From contig CAVVUN010000003.1 of NCBI GenBank assembly GCA_963751455.1, positions 224,001-288,000 of the forward strand: a stretch of 64,000 nt of DNA, read 5' to 3'. Every line of letters begins with the position of its first letter. Within the stretch, counting starts at the first letter, position 1. A model generated the notes under the pieces. That model was not told where the DNA came from. It did no database searches and was given only the letters and a program-made list of their open reading frames with translations. Positions 1-10,607 of this stretch are shown piece by piece. A program made the translations under genes and the position numbers. Source of the DNA: Nitrospirota bacterium (GTDB lineage Bacteria > Nitrospirota > UBA9217).

Positions 1-122
1 TTCCCGAGGCCAAGGGCGACTGGTCCCTCGTCTCCGCGAGGGTCCGCACCGCGCTCAAGAAGTTCATCAACAAGCGCATGGAACGCCGGCCCATGATCCT
101 GCCGATAATCATGGAGATATGA
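1..122 (+). CDS. rnj: Ribonuclease J, C-terminal fragment
   Basis: Frame from 3 reads PEAKGDWSLVSARVRTALKKFINKRMERRPMILPIIMEI*, the typical RNase J C-terminus (RRPMILPIIME). Confidence 0.8.
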   Translation, partial: PEAKGDWSLVSARVRTALKKFINKRMERRPMILPIIMEI

Positions 123-295
123 GTTTTTTTGGACGCGGATTTACGCAGATTGACGCAGATGAAAAATTACTGCCATTCACGAAGGCGGCTTTGTTGTCGT
201 GTCGACTTTTCGTCTTGGGGTCTCTGCCTGCGAACCATTCCGCAATCCGCATTCCGAAATCCGCAATCGATACCCACTCAAATTATAACTTGAGA

Positions 296-352
296 ATACC
301 CTGAAAATACCCCGTCGATTTTCTTGACAACGGAAATAATCCTGACAATAAT
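296..352 (+). promoter_or_regulatory. Promoter with ATACCC direct repeat (copy 1)
   Basis: ATACCC at 296 and 307 (11 bp apart), TTGACA 324-329, 17 bp spacer, AATAAT 347-352; paralogous to 6107-6163. Confidence 0.7.
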
Positions 353-500
353 AAACGCAGTTTTTCAGCAATTCCTCCCTCTACCTCTGGAGCTCTGAAC
401 TCTGACCTGGCAACTCTGGGCGCGCAACGTTCCGAAGTGCACCAAGTCCCTTCATCACGCGTCGAAATTGTAATGATCCATCTTATAAGGGGGCCTCAAA

Positions 501-1284
501 ATGACCCTTGTCGATAAAAAGAGAATTCTGGTTGTCGAAGACGATCCTGAAATGATCAAGCTGCACCGGGATTTTCTCTCGGAGAGTTATACAATCATTC
601 ATAAACCTGACGGGAAAAATACCATACGCTATTTAAAGGAGAACCGAAACATACATCTTGCGATCATCGATTACAAACTGCCTGACATGTCAGGCCTCGA
701 GGTTCTTAAGGAAATTAAAAAAATAATGCCCTCTGTTCCCGCCATATTCATAACCGGGCATGGGAACGAAGACGTCGCCGTAATGGCGTTCAGGTGCGGA
801 GCGCGGGACTACGTCAAAAAGCCTTTCGTGTACGAAGAGTTGATGAAGCGGATAGCTTTCTGCCTATCGCTCAACAGTACCAGAGAGAGAAGGGCTGTCC
901 GAAAAGAGCCTGAAAAAATCACTAGCGACATGTTTCCGAGCGCCGATGCCGCGAAAAAAAATTATTACGTCCAACAAGCCTGCAGATACATTCAGAACAA
1001 CTACTCCACAGATATCACTCTTAACCAGGCGGCAAGCACCCGTCGGCGTATCCAAATATCATTTTTCCCGTTTATTCAGAGAGACGACCGGTTCAACCTT
1101 TCAAAGTTATTTAAACCGCGTAAGAATAAAACGAGCAAGGAACTTATTGAGTGATAATGCGCTATCGATCACGGATATAAGTTTTTCCGTCGGGTATTCC
1201 GAGTTGAGGCAGTTTGAGAAGATGTTCAAGAAAATCGTTGGCTCAACCCCTACCGAGTACAGGAAGAGTAACAGTAGGAACTAA
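501..1284 (+). CDS. REC-AraC (YesN-like) response regulator, frameshifted at ~1040
   Basis: ORF 501-1154 has the receiver domain (ILVVEDD, IIDYKLPD, KPF); ORF 946-1284 has the AraC HTH (SKYHFSRLF, ITDISFSVGYS, TPTEYRK). One extra C in ACCCGTC separates them; paralog of 6947-7747. Confidence 0.85.
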
Positions 1285-1409
1285 GGAGTGAGGAGTACTG
1301 CATCGTTGCCTACTGCTTGCTGGAATGTACTTTATTCTGCTGGTTACGAATGTTCCCCTTCTCTCCCCGCTTTTTTCATCTCTATCACGTTTACAACTTT
1401 TCAAAAACA

Positions 1410-1472
1410 GCAATAAAAGACGCATAAAATAGCAAGAAACGCCGCGACAAATTAGAAATTTTATGTAACAAT
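1410..1472 (+). promoter_or_regulatory. Putative AraC-type activator site + promoter
   Basis: GCAATAAAAGACG (1410) and GCAAGAAACGCCG (1432), 22 bp apart; GCGACA-17-AACAAT with extended TG. Confidence 0.7.
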
Positions 1473-1476
1473 ATGC

Positions 1477-1515
1477 CGTGTTGAAGTTCGCTCCGAAGCT
1501 GCGGGCTTCAGCACG
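1477..1515 (+). other. 15-bp RNA stem-loop in 5' leader
   Basis: CGTGTTGAAGTTCGC pairs with GCGGGCTTCAGCACG using 3 G-U pairs, valid only on the + strand. Confidence 0.55.
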
Positions 1516-1708
1516 TTGGATTCATGGTTGACGTTTTTTGAAAAGTTCACAGAAAGGAGGTTAGAAGTGGTTTTATTCTGATACCACTCCAAAGGAAAAT
1601 TTTAAATATTACATCTAATATCATCCTCAGTCGTAACCATAAATTACCACGAGCAAATAAATATGCACAGAAATATTAACACATATTCTCAAAAGGAGGT
1701 TCAAATTT

Positions 1709-2518
1709 ATGAAAAAAATTGCTTTCAGTAATCTGTTCCTTATATTCGTTTTTATCTGCATAAGGCAGGCGAATGCAACAACACTATTGCAGATGAATTT
1801 CGATGATCTTGTCACAATCTCGGACGGAATAGTTGCCGGGACAGTGCACAACATTGAATCTTACTATGATGATCAGAATGAAATATATACAGATATAACG
1901 CTAAAAGATTTGGATATAATAAATGGAATTTATAATCAGAATACGTTGACCATACGACTCAATGGCGGCGAAGTTGCAGGCCATGTGCTTTTTCTTGAAG
2001 GGGCCCCCCGATTCGACCTCAATGATCGCGTAATTTTATTTCTCTTAGAAAACGGTAAAATTCTCGTGCCGATAGCAGGCTGGACACAAGGTGTATTTCG
2101 AGTTATTACGGATCCCAGCACGGCTAAGAAGACGGTCAGGGACCATCAAGGCAATCGAGTTTTTAGCATTGCTGGGGACAGAATTGTAAAGGAAAATATA
2201 TATTCCGAAACGGCAAACCTTGTTGATAAGCGGACAGGGATGGCTATTGTAGCTCATGATGATGGTCAATCTACGGGTGGATTCTCATTCGAAGGCCCCG
2301 ATGGCACAATCCGCAATAGCACGTTGACGGGTAATATGCAAAAGGAGACTCTTGACAGCCCGGATAAACCCGCTATCGAAGTAGAAGCCTTCGTTCTTGC
2401 CATAAAAAATAAGTTGAAGGAAAAAGGCAAAGAGAAGAAGATTATAGTAAATTTCAACAGGTCAGAATATCGTGCGTCCAAGAACTTCGCGGCAAAGCCA
2501 ACAGGTGATAATATGTGA
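1709..2518 (+). CDS. Secreted hypothetical protein (possible protease partner/propeptide-like)
   Basis: SD AAGGAGG, signal peptide ending ANA, directly upstream of the metalloprotease. Confidence 0.7.
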   Translation: MKKIAFSNLFLIFVFICIRQANATTLLQMNFDDLVTISDGIVAGTVHNIESYYDDQNEIYTDITLKDLDIINGIYNQNTLTIRLNGGEVAGHVLFLEGAPRFDLNDRVILFLLENGKILVPIAGWTQGVFRVITDPSTAKKTVRDHQGNRVFSIAGDRIVKENIYSETANLVDKRTGMAIVAHDDGQSTGGFSFEGPDGTIRNSTLTGNMQKETLDSPDKPAIEVEAFVLAIKNKLKEKGKEKKIIVNFNRSEYRASKNFAAKPTGDNM

Positions 2519-2608
2519 TCTGCGGTTCGCGATTCCTCTGCATCCGGATACTGAGCGAAAGTAAAAATTCATCTCTTGTATAGAGTAACTCAGAAAGGAG
2601 CATCTCAT

Positions 2609-3682
2609 ATGAAGAAACATCGAATTCTCAGAGCATTAATTTCCATATCTATCGGATTTGTGCTTACAATACTGACTTCATACAATTCAGCACACGCTTA
2701 TAGCTGGACGCTCTGCCATATCTGGCCTAACACATATAATGTTACCTGGAGATACAATCCGACAATGAATATTAACACAACATCCTTTGTCCCCTGGTCA
2801 TCATGGGATTTGAGGTTGCAGAATGCTATGTCTCATTGGACTAATGTTAATGGGTCGTACTTTCAGTTCTACGTGGGACGTGATACGGACGGAACATACA
2901 GCAGCTCAAACGGCGTCAGTGAAGTATATTTTGCATACGATCTAGGCGCGGGTAGTGGCGTTTTGGCCTTAACAAAGAAGTCATGGGATTGTTTTTGGAG
3001 GGGAGAGTATAGACATTTTTACACAGAAACGGATATAGATTTCAATCTCAATTACTCATGGTCCACATCATCATACGACTATAACAATCCTTCGGGGCTC
3101 GGATATAACTTCGAGGGAGTAGCACTGCACGAGTTTGGCCATGCCCTGGGGCTTGGCCACTCCGATGGCGGAAGTGCTACCATGAATAGTATTTATCCAT
3201 TCAGCGGGCCTATCGGATATAATAGAGAATGGGATCCATTCGCAGATGATCGACAGGGCGTTCGTTTTCTGTACCCGGATTCAACTACGGAAATCGACAT
3301 AGCCGCCTCCCCACTCAAGTACTCAGGAGCTGGTCAATCTACACTGGTTTCGAATCCAATTAATGCGTCAAGAGGATCATATGTAACCATCGAGTTTACA
3401 ACATCAAACATGAGCACATCTTACGTATCCTATAAGACTGGTTTTTACCTTTCTACAGATGAAGTAATAAATACTAATGATATCCTCCTTGGGTGGATAG
3501 GTGTTTGGCAATATCCTGGTAATACATTAACAGCATCATCTCAACAGCTTTACATACCTACTTGGATTTCGCCAGGCTATTATTATCTTGGGTTTTATCT
3601 CGACTATGATTCGCAGATATATGAACCAAGCAAAGAATATAATAATTATCAGCAGATTCCAAGATCTATCTACATTTATTGA
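2609..3682 (+). CDS. Matrixin-family (M10-like) zinc metalloprotease with C-terminal CARDB/Ig-like domain
   Basis: Signal peptide; HEFGHALGLGH metzincin motif; Met-turn ATMNS; C-terminal FYLSTD...PGYYYLG...E..E.NN. Confidence 0.85.
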   Translation: MKKHRILRALISISIGFVLTILTSYNSAHAYSWTLCHIWPNTYNVTWRYNPTMNINTTSFVPWSSWDLRLQNAMSHWTNVNGSYFQFYVGRDTDGTYSSSNGVSEVYFAYDLGAGSGVLALTKKSWDCFWRGEYRHFYTETDIDFNLNYSWSTSSYDYNNPSGLGYNFEGVALHEFGHALGLGHSDGGSATMNSIYPFSGPIGYNREWDPFADDRQGVRFLYPDSTTEIDIAASPLKYSGAGQSTLVSNPINASRGSYVTIEFTTSNMSTSYVSYKTGFYLSTDEVINTNDILLGWIGVWQYPGNTLTASSQQLYIPTWISPGYYYLGFYLDYDSQIYEPSKEYNNYQQIPRSIYIY

Positions 3683-3732
3683 TGCATGGCGATAGATAAG
3701 GTTGTTTGTCACTTCTATTAGTGGAGGTGTTC

Positions 3733-4506
3733 ATGAAAGCCGCCTGCAAACTTCTCATTCTTGTTTTATTAATCACAATAGCATCCTGTCGCGAAAGAAC
3801 TACTGCTGATATAGATTATGTTAACATAGACGAATACTGGACCCTTTACAGGAGTTCGGGTGAAGCGAGCGGAGAAAAAATATATTATTTAACGATCGTG
3901 AAATCGGCAGCGCCCGGCGCACCCTTTGGAACGTTTCAATATATTACCCCTGTAAATTTTTCATCCGGCGACCTTTCTCTCGGAGAAAAACTTCAGACTC
4001 AAACTCTTCAGCACTCGCTTCCAGATATCTCTTTTTCCTGGTTTTCTCTAACTGAAGAAGACGGCGAAATTACCTGCACAGGCCAGATCAATGGCGATGT
4101 AATGAGCGGTCAATGGACTCAGAAAATTATTTCGTCAGGTCTTACAGGAACAGGTACATGGAGGGCCTCGAAGGGTCTTGACGACGTGGAAAACGGCTCA
4201 TTTAAAAGAAACGTTGACACAGGAAAAACGCAGATCTATTTTCGGGCATGGGCAGACAGTGCGAGCAGGGTCTATGTCACATCTGATTTCATTACTGGAG
4301 CAGTCGAACTTGTTAAGTGCGGCAAGACAACTTTGAACATAGATATCTGGAAGATTTCGAATACACCCGATTGCTCAAGCGAAGGCTACTATGAATTCCC
4401 TACGCCATCAGGCTCATTAGTCGTGAAAACGCACATTGTAAAACCTTCCGGAGAAATAGTTCGTGAAAAAATAATCACTGATGGTACTGAAATAACTGGC
4501 AACTGA
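3733..4506 (+). CDS. Hypothetical lipoprotein
   Basis: SD GGAGG; lipobox IASC. Confidence 0.7.
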   Translation: MKAACKLLILVLLITIASCRERTTADIDYVNIDEYWTLYRSSGEASGEKIYYLTIVKSAAPGAPFGTFQYITPVNFSSGDLSLGEKLQTQTLQHSLPDISFSWFSLTEEDGEITCTGQINGDVMSGQWTQKIISSGLTGTGTWRASKGLDDVENGSFKRNVDTGKTQIYFRAWADSASRVYVTSDFITGAVELVKCGKTTLNIDIWKISNTPDCSSEGYYEFPTPSGSLVVKTHIVKPSGEIVREKIITDGTEITGN

Positions 4507-4854
4507 ATTGGGCGCTGCATCACTCTACAATATACCGGCAGATCTAGGACAAGGCCTGTTTCGCTAGATGAAATCCCTTCATCCAACCCCTTCAGGGCAA
4601 AAGCTTTAGCGACTGGTAGTAGTTGACGTTGTTTCAAAAAATAGATAATGTGGCATGATGATGCTGTCAGGTGTGAACTCCAGTACCTCGATTCCGGCAC
4701 CGCAGCCGGAACCAGTGCAGGAATCTGTGAAGAAATAAAATAACATCTTTAGCGCCCCTTAAATCCCCTTTGGCTAGGGGGGCAGCCTCTAAGGCAGTTA
4801 ATTCTTGTTTTTGTCAATGAACAAGTGCCGAATGTAATTTAAGGAGGAATTCAA

Positions 4855-5385
4855 ATGACTAGACTGCCGGGTTTTATCTTATGTATGGCACTTCTTTTTA
4901 CGGGCATCAGTTGCAGCATCGGGTCAAATGAAACGGGGACAGGCGGCATTATTACGGCAAGTAGTGGCTGCAAGTCGCAAACTCAAGGAAAGGCCGGCAT
5001 TGGCTTGCAAGCAGCCAGTGATACCTATCAGAGCAACAAAACGTATGTGCTTTATAGCGATGAGGGGAAAACCCTCTCTCTTAAACACATAAACGCAGCT
5101 TTCAACTGTTGCCCTGAAAGCATAACGGCTAGCGCGACTATAGCTAATGGAACGATATTGATTGAAGAAAAAGAGGATACTTCGAGACGCGCATGCAACT
5201 GTCTCTGCCTGTATGATCTTGATATGAAAATTGAGAATGTAGAGGCAGGGCAATATGTTATGAAATTTATTGAGCCATATCGCTATACTGGAGATCCGGC
5301 AATTGAATTTACCATTGATTTGGCGCAGCAGACATCAGGAGTTTTTGAAGCGGCGAGAACTAAATACCCGTGGTATATGCCGTAA
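4855..5385 (+). CDS. Cys-rich lipoprotein (NCC...CxCxCxYD), paralog 1
   Basis: SD AAGGAGG; lipobox GISC; FNCCP and CNCLCLYDL motifs. Confidence 0.75.
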   Translation: MTRLPGFILCMALLFTGISCSIGSNETGTGGIITASSGCKSQTQGKAGIGLQAASDTYQSNKTYVLYSDEGKTLSLKHINAAFNCCPESITASATIANGTILIEEKEDTSRRACNCLCLYDLDMKIENVEAGQYVMKFIEPYRYTGDPAIEFTIDLAQQTSGVFEAARTKYPWYMP

Positions 5386-5432
5386 CACCTATGCCGGGTA
5401 CACGAGCTGCAAGACAATCAGTAGGGGATGGT

Positions 5433-5924
5433 ATGACGAGACCACTGGGTGTAATTATTTGTGTCGCGATTCTTTTTATTGGCATTAGCTGCAGCAGCGG
5501 ATCAAATGGAACGGGAACAGGCGGCATTATTACGGCAAGCAGCGGATGCAAGTCGCAGACTCAAGGAAAGGCCGGCATTGGCTTACAAGCCGCTGATACC
5601 TATCAGGCGGACAGAACATATGTGCAATACGAATTCGAGAACAACAATCTTTTTCTGAAGCATATAAACGCCTGGTTCAACTGTTGCCCAACCAGTATAT
5701 CGGCCGTCGCTTCCGTCGTTGATGGAACAATATCGATTGAAGAAAAGGAAGACCTTTCGAGAAGCGCATGCAAATGTTTGTGCCGATATGATTTGGACAT
5801 GAAAGTAGACAACGTAGAGGCCGTGCAATATACAATCAGAATCATTACACCGCAAGTAGCACAACCCATCGAATTCAACATATATCTGGAGAGGCAGACA
5901 TCAGGCGTTTTTGAAGTGGTGTGA
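5433..5924 (+). CDS. Cys-rich lipoprotein, tandem paralog 2
   Basis: Near-identical N-terminus (GTGGIITASSGCKSQTQGKAGIGLQAA), FNCCP, CKCLCRYDL. Confidence 0.75.
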   Translation: MTRPLGVIICVAILFIGISCSSGSNGTGTGGIITASSGCKSQTQGKAGIGLQAADTYQADRTYVQYEFENNNLFLKHINAWFNCCPTSISAVASVVDGTISIEEKEDLSRSACKCLCRYDLDMKVDNVEAVQYTIRIITPQVAQPIEFNIYLERQTSGVFEVV

Positions 5925-5975
5925 ACCAAAGACGTTTGCTTGTAAAATACCACGCAGCTTCAAGGACGCAAACCA

Positions 5976-6004
5976 GATCCCCGATAAGGTCGTTCGGGGA
6001 TGAC
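5976..6004. repeat. REP-like palindrome
   Basis: ATCCCCGA...TCGGGGAT followed by GAC. Confidence 0.45.
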
Positions 6005-6106
6005 AAAAAGAACTGTCATGCATCTGCTTTAACCATTCCGCACTCCGCACGCGCAACTCCGAATTAGATAAGCTCCGCAATCGCGCCCTTAAATTGTAAT
6101 TTAAGG

Positions 6107-6163
6107 ATACCCTAAAAATACCCCATCGATTTTCTTGACAAAGCAGTAAATCCCGCTAATAAT
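6107..6163 (+). promoter_or_regulatory. Promoter with ATACCC direct repeat (copy 2)
   Basis: ATACCC at 6107 and 6118, TTGACA 6135-6140, 17 bp, AATAAT 6158-6163. Confidence 0.7.
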
Positions 6164-6351
6164 AGTGCAGTTTTACTATTCCTGCCTCTACACCAGTGCG
6201 ATTGTTTTTCTCGGTTTTGAACCGTCTCAATGTTTTTTTACAAGCTACTTAAGATGTTCCACGATGTGCCCTGAGGCGCACTGTTTTTACGGTGATTTAC
6301 GATGACCTTCCGCGGTACTGCATCTGTGCCGCCTGAAAAAGGGGAAGCGCC

Positions 6352-6950
6352 ATGATCCATGAATACAGCATTAATAACATTCCGGTACTGACGGGCGATA
6401 TCATCTGCACTACCGACGGGGGGCCCCGATTCTCGAAGGGCAGTTTTGGCGGTTTATCGGGAAGCTCATCCCGGGGCCGGTCGACCATGTAGCCGTATAT
6501 ACCGGGCCGGAAGGCAGGTGCGTGGAGGCAGGCCCGAGCGGCGTCGTTGCATTCGACGTCGCCGGAGGGACGTGGAATTCCCTGAATATGCAAAAGCAGC
6601 GCGGGCTCGTCGTTGATACGTTCTACGGGATCGCGTGCCCTGCGGAAAGAGACGGTCTTTCCAAAAGCGAAAAGACGGAAATCCGGGAAAATGTTGCCGA
6701 CTACTGCCTGTATCAGGCCAGGGCGCGAAAACCGTACAACCTGAACTTTCTCAATTCGCGGACGGAACATTCTTTTTACTGCAGCCAGCTGGTATACATC
6801 GCGTACCTGAAGAACGGCATAAATCTGAATACCGACATCGGCATTCCCGATTTTCCGGGAAGCCACTCGATCATTTTTCCCCAGGAGCTCTGGAGCGGCT
6901 GCACGAATAAAAGGCGTGAAGGGGAAAAGAGCGGGGCAAGACGGCCATGA
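6352..6950 (+). CDS. Permuted papain-like NlpC/P60 (YiiX/YebB-type) hydrolase, frameshift at G-run ~6420
   Basis: MIHEY..LTGDIICT then, after a one-base shift, PVDHVAVYTG...VEAG...KPYN...FYCSQLV (His before Cys, the permuted order). Confidence 0.75.
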
Positions 6951-7747
6951 TTGCCGAAACATCCCGCACAGCGGCAAAAAAGACGATCCTGGTAGTTGAA
7001 GACGATCCTCATATGATTGCTCTCCACCGGGATTTTCTGTCCGACAGCTACACGGTGATTCTTAAAACCGACGGCAAAAAGACCCTGCGCTTTTTAAAGG
7101 AGGCCCGCGGCATCGATCTTGCGATCATCGATTTCAGGCTTCCCGATATGTCGGGCATCGAGGTCCTGAAAGAAGTAAAGAAAGCGCTGCCCTTCATTCC
7201 CGCCATATTCATAACCGCGTACGGAAGCGAGGACATCGCCGTGAAGGCCTTCCGGTGCGGCGCCCGGGAATATATAAAAAAACCGTTCGTGTACGACGAG
7301 TTCGTGAAGAGGATAGATTTCTGCCTGTCGCTTAGTGAGATCCGGCAGGTGAAGAGAAGAACGCCGGTGGTGAACGAGCAGGAAGACAATATAGCCGACG
7401 CATCTGCCTCAAAAAGGAGCTATTCGCTCCAGCAGGCAAAAAAATATATCGATAACAACTATACTGCGGAGATCGCCCTGGAGCAGGTCGCCGAAATAGC
7501 CGGCGTGTCCGTATATCATTTCTGCAGGCTCTTTAAAGTAATGACCGGTGTGACTTTCCAAAGCTACGTGAACCGCCTCAGGATGGAGCAGGCCAGGAAA
7601 CTCCTGGATGACGACGGCTTTTCGATCACGCAGATTGCATTCTCGGTCGGTTATTCCGACCTTACGCATTTTGACAGGATATTTAAAAAAGTTTCGGGCT
7701 GCACGCCTACGCAGTATAAAGCTCGGGCCACAATACCGGGAAAGTAG
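6947..7747 (+). CDS. REC-AraC (YesN-like) response regulator
   Basis: Receiver (ILVVEDD, IIDFRLPD, KPF) + AraC double HTH (SVYHFCRLFK, ITQIAFSVGYSD, TPTQYK). Confidence 0.92.
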   Translation: MIAETSRTAAKKTILVVEDDPHMIALHRDFLSDSYTVILKTDGKKTLRFLKEARGIDLAIIDFRLPDMSGIEVLKEVKKALPFIPAIFITAYGSEDIAVKAFRCGAREYIKKPFVYDEFVKRIDFCLSLSEIRQVKRRTPVVNEQEDNIADASASKRSYSLQQAKKYIDNNYTAEIALEQVAEIAGVSVYHFCRLFKVMTGVTFQSYVNRLRMEQARKLLDDDGFSITQIAFSVGYSDLTHFDRIFKKVSGCTPTQYKARATIPGK

Positions 7748-7870
7748 CACGAAACACCACCCTGCCCCCCGTCCTGAAGCACAAACCGACCCTTTGTTCG
7801 TTGTGCATTTTGCAATTTACACTTTGCAATGTGCAATAATCCTCGGTCTATATCTGTTTTTTCCCGAATC

Positions 7871-7933
7871 GCAAGAAATGCTGAATGTTTAAGCAAGAAA
7901 CGCCGAGACGGGAATTTATTAATATGCAATAAT
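7871..7933 (+). promoter_or_regulatory. Putative AraC-type activator site + promoter
   Basis: GCAAGAAATGCTG (7871) / GCAAGAAACGCCG (7893), 22 bp apart; GAGACG-17-AATAAT with TG. Confidence 0.7.
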
Positions 7934-8004
7934 CATCCGGGGTACGATATTTTATCCTGATACGGCTGCGCTATAAAAGCATTTGCCCGCTGGATGGTTA
8001 AAAA

Positions 8005-8409
8005 ATGAAAAGGTCTGTTATACCTCTGTCACTGCTGCTTCTGCTGATTGCAGGCTGTCGGCCGGACCTGGTCGTGGAGAAAATCAGCTCCGACAGCGCG
8101 GCCGGGACCGTTACTGCGACGATAAATAATATCGGCAATGCGGATGCCGGTGGTTTTCTCGTATACTTTAATGCTGAAGAAGATCCCGGGTCGGAAAGCT
8201 ACTTCCCGCGGGTGAGCCGATCGGTTCCCGGTCTCGCCAAGGGTCAATCCTTGACGCTGCCGCCTGCCCAATTCGGTCCGCTGACCGGGCCGGACAATAA
8301 CGCGAGAAGGATCTACCAGGTGACGGTCGTAATAGATCCTGAAAATACGGTAAAAGAATCAAAAGAATGGAATAACGATAAAAGCATTCCTTTCCATTTT
8401 CCACGTTAG
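8005..8409 (+). CDS. CARDB-domain lipoprotein
   Basis: Lipobox IAGC; PDLVV...TINNIG.ADAG.F.V...IDPENTVKESKEWNN CARDB signature. Confidence 0.8.
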   Translation: MKRSVIPLSLLLLLIAGCRPDLVVEKISSDSAAGTVTATINNIGNADAGGFLVYFNAEEDPGSESYFPRVSRSVPGLAKGQSLTLPPAQFGPLTGPDNNARRIYQVTVVIDPENTVKESKEWNNDKSIPFHFPR

Positions 8410-8512
8410 CCGTAAGAGCGCCATAATCATATCGCTGCTCGTTGTGTTTGCCTCTTAACTATCAATTCAGCTCATAATCCTGCCTTTGTTACTTTTCTAA
8501 ACAAATTAAATA

Positions 8513-8575
8513 GCAAATAACGCCGACTGTTTTAGCAAGAAAAGCCGAGACAAATTTTTTATTTTGTGCAACAAT
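8513..8575 (+). promoter_or_regulatory. Putative AraC-type activator site + promoter
   Basis: GCAAATAACGCCG (8513) / GCAAGAAAAGCCG (8535), 22 bp apart; GAGACA-17-AACAAT with TG. Confidence 0.7.
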
Positions 8576-8612
8576 CCGAAAGTTTCGTTCTTACCAAAAC
8601 AGGAGAATAAAT

Positions 8613-9491
8613 ATGATTAACCGTTGTAACGCACTTATCAGGGCATCCTTGTTGCTCCTTGCTTGTTTAGTCATAAGCGTCGTATCGCTTCAGACAGCGA
8701 GCGCCTTTGCCGATGATGAGAACCAGGACCATCTTCCTGCCCGGTATTCGAGCGAAGCTGACTCGTTCCACTCCTACCTGCCTTCATACATGGGCTATTC
8801 GCTGGACAATTCAGTTCCCGGCAATAAAGGAGAGCTCAAGTTCCAGTTCAGCGTGAAATACGAACTCATCGCCGATACTGACTGGTATTTCGGGTATACC
8901 CAGAAGTCTTTCTGGAGCATCAGAAAGGAATCCGCTCCATTCCGCGAAACGAATTTTTCCCCGGAGACGTTCTGGCTCTATAAGCCGGAAGGAATTTCCT
9001 GGCTCCCGGTGGTCCAGGTAGGAATGTATCGCCATGAATCCACAGGAGAGGACGGAAACGGCTCCCGGGGATGGGACCTCACGTATCTTGAGCCGGCTTT
9101 TCACTGGAACGGAATCTATGTAATCGCGAGGGTATGGGCGCCTTCCGTGGTCCAGGGCTTCAACAAGACCAAGGCCGCCCCTGACAACCCCGACATATTC
9201 AAATACCAGGGATATGGAAGACTGACCGTGATCTACGGAAACGACAGCGATGTCCAGCTTTCCCTTTCCCTCCAGCACGCGCCTACGGACAACAGCATCG
9301 CCTGGGAAAGTCAGGCCGATGTGCCCTGGAAGACTGTCGCGAAAATACTGAGGCCTCTTTTCGGCATTGACTATATACCCAAGTGGAATCCGTCATATTT
9401 CATTCAGGCGCGAAACGGGTACGGGGAAGGGCTTAAAACCTACAATGTCAAAACCTCGAGTGTGGTCTTCGGTGTATCGCTGGTGAGGTAA
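8613..9491 (+). CDS. pldA: Outer membrane phospholipase A1 (OMPLA)
   Basis: ELKFQFSVK, FGYTQKSFW, SAPFRETNFSPE, HESTG...SRGW, DNPDI, GYGE motifs. Confidence 0.88.
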   Translation: MINRCNALIRASLLLLACLVISVVSLQTASAFADDENQDHLPARYSSEADSFHSYLPSYMGYSLDNSVPGNKGELKFQFSVKYELIADTDWYFGYTQKSFWSIRKESAPFRETNFSPETFWLYKPEGISWLPVVQVGMYRHESTGEDGNGSRGWDLTYLEPAFHWNGIYVIARVWAPSVVQGFNKTKAAPDNPDIFKYQGYGRLTVIYGNDSDVQLSLSLQHAPTDNSIAWESQADVPWKTVAKILRPLFGIDYIPKWNPSYFIQARNGYGEGLKTYNVKTSSVVFGVSLVR

Positions 9492-9529
9492 TACCGGGAT
9501 ATCGGCGAGACCTTGGGCCAAGGCAGATC

Positions 9530-10582
9530 ATGGAAAAAGATTTTCATTACTGTTTAATCCGGGTATTGGCTGGGAAAGCAGGCTTCAACCGGGAGGAAGC
9601 CCAGGTCATTGCCTATGCGTCTCAGTATGTCGATGATTCAGTCGAAAATCAGCCCCTCTCAATCGATAATATCCCGGATCTCGTTTTTCCCCGCCTGAAT
9701 GTCGAGAACGGCACGTTCGATCCCATCTGTACTGCTCACAGGGGCATCCAGTATCTGACGGGCATGACGAAGCACGTTCAGATGAAAGTCTATATCCCCT
9801 TTCACTTTATCCCGCCTGTCGAATACTCCGGAAACGGAGCATATGAATACTGCACGTCGCCCAACAGCACGATCGCCGGCGATCTTGTAAGGCACGCAAT
9901 TACAGAACTCAAGGATGATGGCAGCAATCGCGTTCAAAAACTCGTCAAGCTCGGCATCGCGCTCCATTCGTTTGCCGACACCTGGGCGCACCAGCGATTT
10001 TCTGGCCGCTGGAGCGCAAGGGACAATGATATTGACCGTATAGCTCTGTTCCGGAACAAAAAGTGGAAGGCCCTGAAGCATCTCGACCGGCTGAAAACAA
10101 ACATCATGCCCGACGTGGGACATGCGGAAGCGATGACGTATCCCGATCAGTCTCACCTTAAATGGCGGTACGAGCACGGCCACTCCGGGCTCGATCACGA
10201 ACGCAATAATACCCTGATTTTCCTTGAGGCAGGGCATGCTGTTTTTCAGCTGCTCTGCGATGCCGCTGGAACATCAGGGAACTGGAAGGAGCATCTGGAA
10301 AAAATCAGAAAATGTCTCTCGGTTCCGGCTGATTCCGTAAAACGGAAATTTTTCCGGTATGTCAAGCTGTTTCCCGAGATCTCATTCAGTTATCACGAGA
10401 ACGAGTGGAGAGAGAGCGCCCTCGAGGGGGAGCGGTTCAATTGGATCGATTTCAGCAGGGACGATTATTCCGGGGTTACCTACACCTTCAAAGGCAGCGA
10501 CTTGAGATGGTTTTATTTCCATATGGAAGCGTACGCGCAGAGAGAATACGTCAAAAGCAAAATCAAAGGAGATCTTTTATGA
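9530..10582 (+). CDS. DUF6765-like protein
   Basis: N-terminal DFHY..AGF..EA..IAYASQYVDD, PFHF, GIALHSFADTWAHQ.F, VGHAEA..PD. Confidence 0.7.
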   Translation: MEKDFHYCLIRVLAGKAGFNREEAQVIAYASQYVDDSVENQPLSIDNIPDLVFPRLNVENGTFDPICTAHRGIQYLTGMTKHVQMKVYIPFHFIPPVEYSGNGAYEYCTSPNSTIAGDLVRHAITELKDDGSNRVQKLVKLGIALHSFADTWAHQRFSGRWSARDNDIDRIALFRNKKWKALKHLDRLKTNIMPDVGHAEAMTYPDQSHLKWRYEHGHSGLDHERNNTLIFLEAGHAVFQLLCDAAGTSGNWKEHLEKIRKCLSVPADSVKRKFFRYVKLFPEISFSYHENEWRESALEGERFNWIDFSRDDYSGVTYTFKGSDLRWFYFHMEAYAQREYVKSKIKGDLL

Positions 10583-10607
10583 ATTCCGGCAGAAACAAGG
10601 GGGTGCT

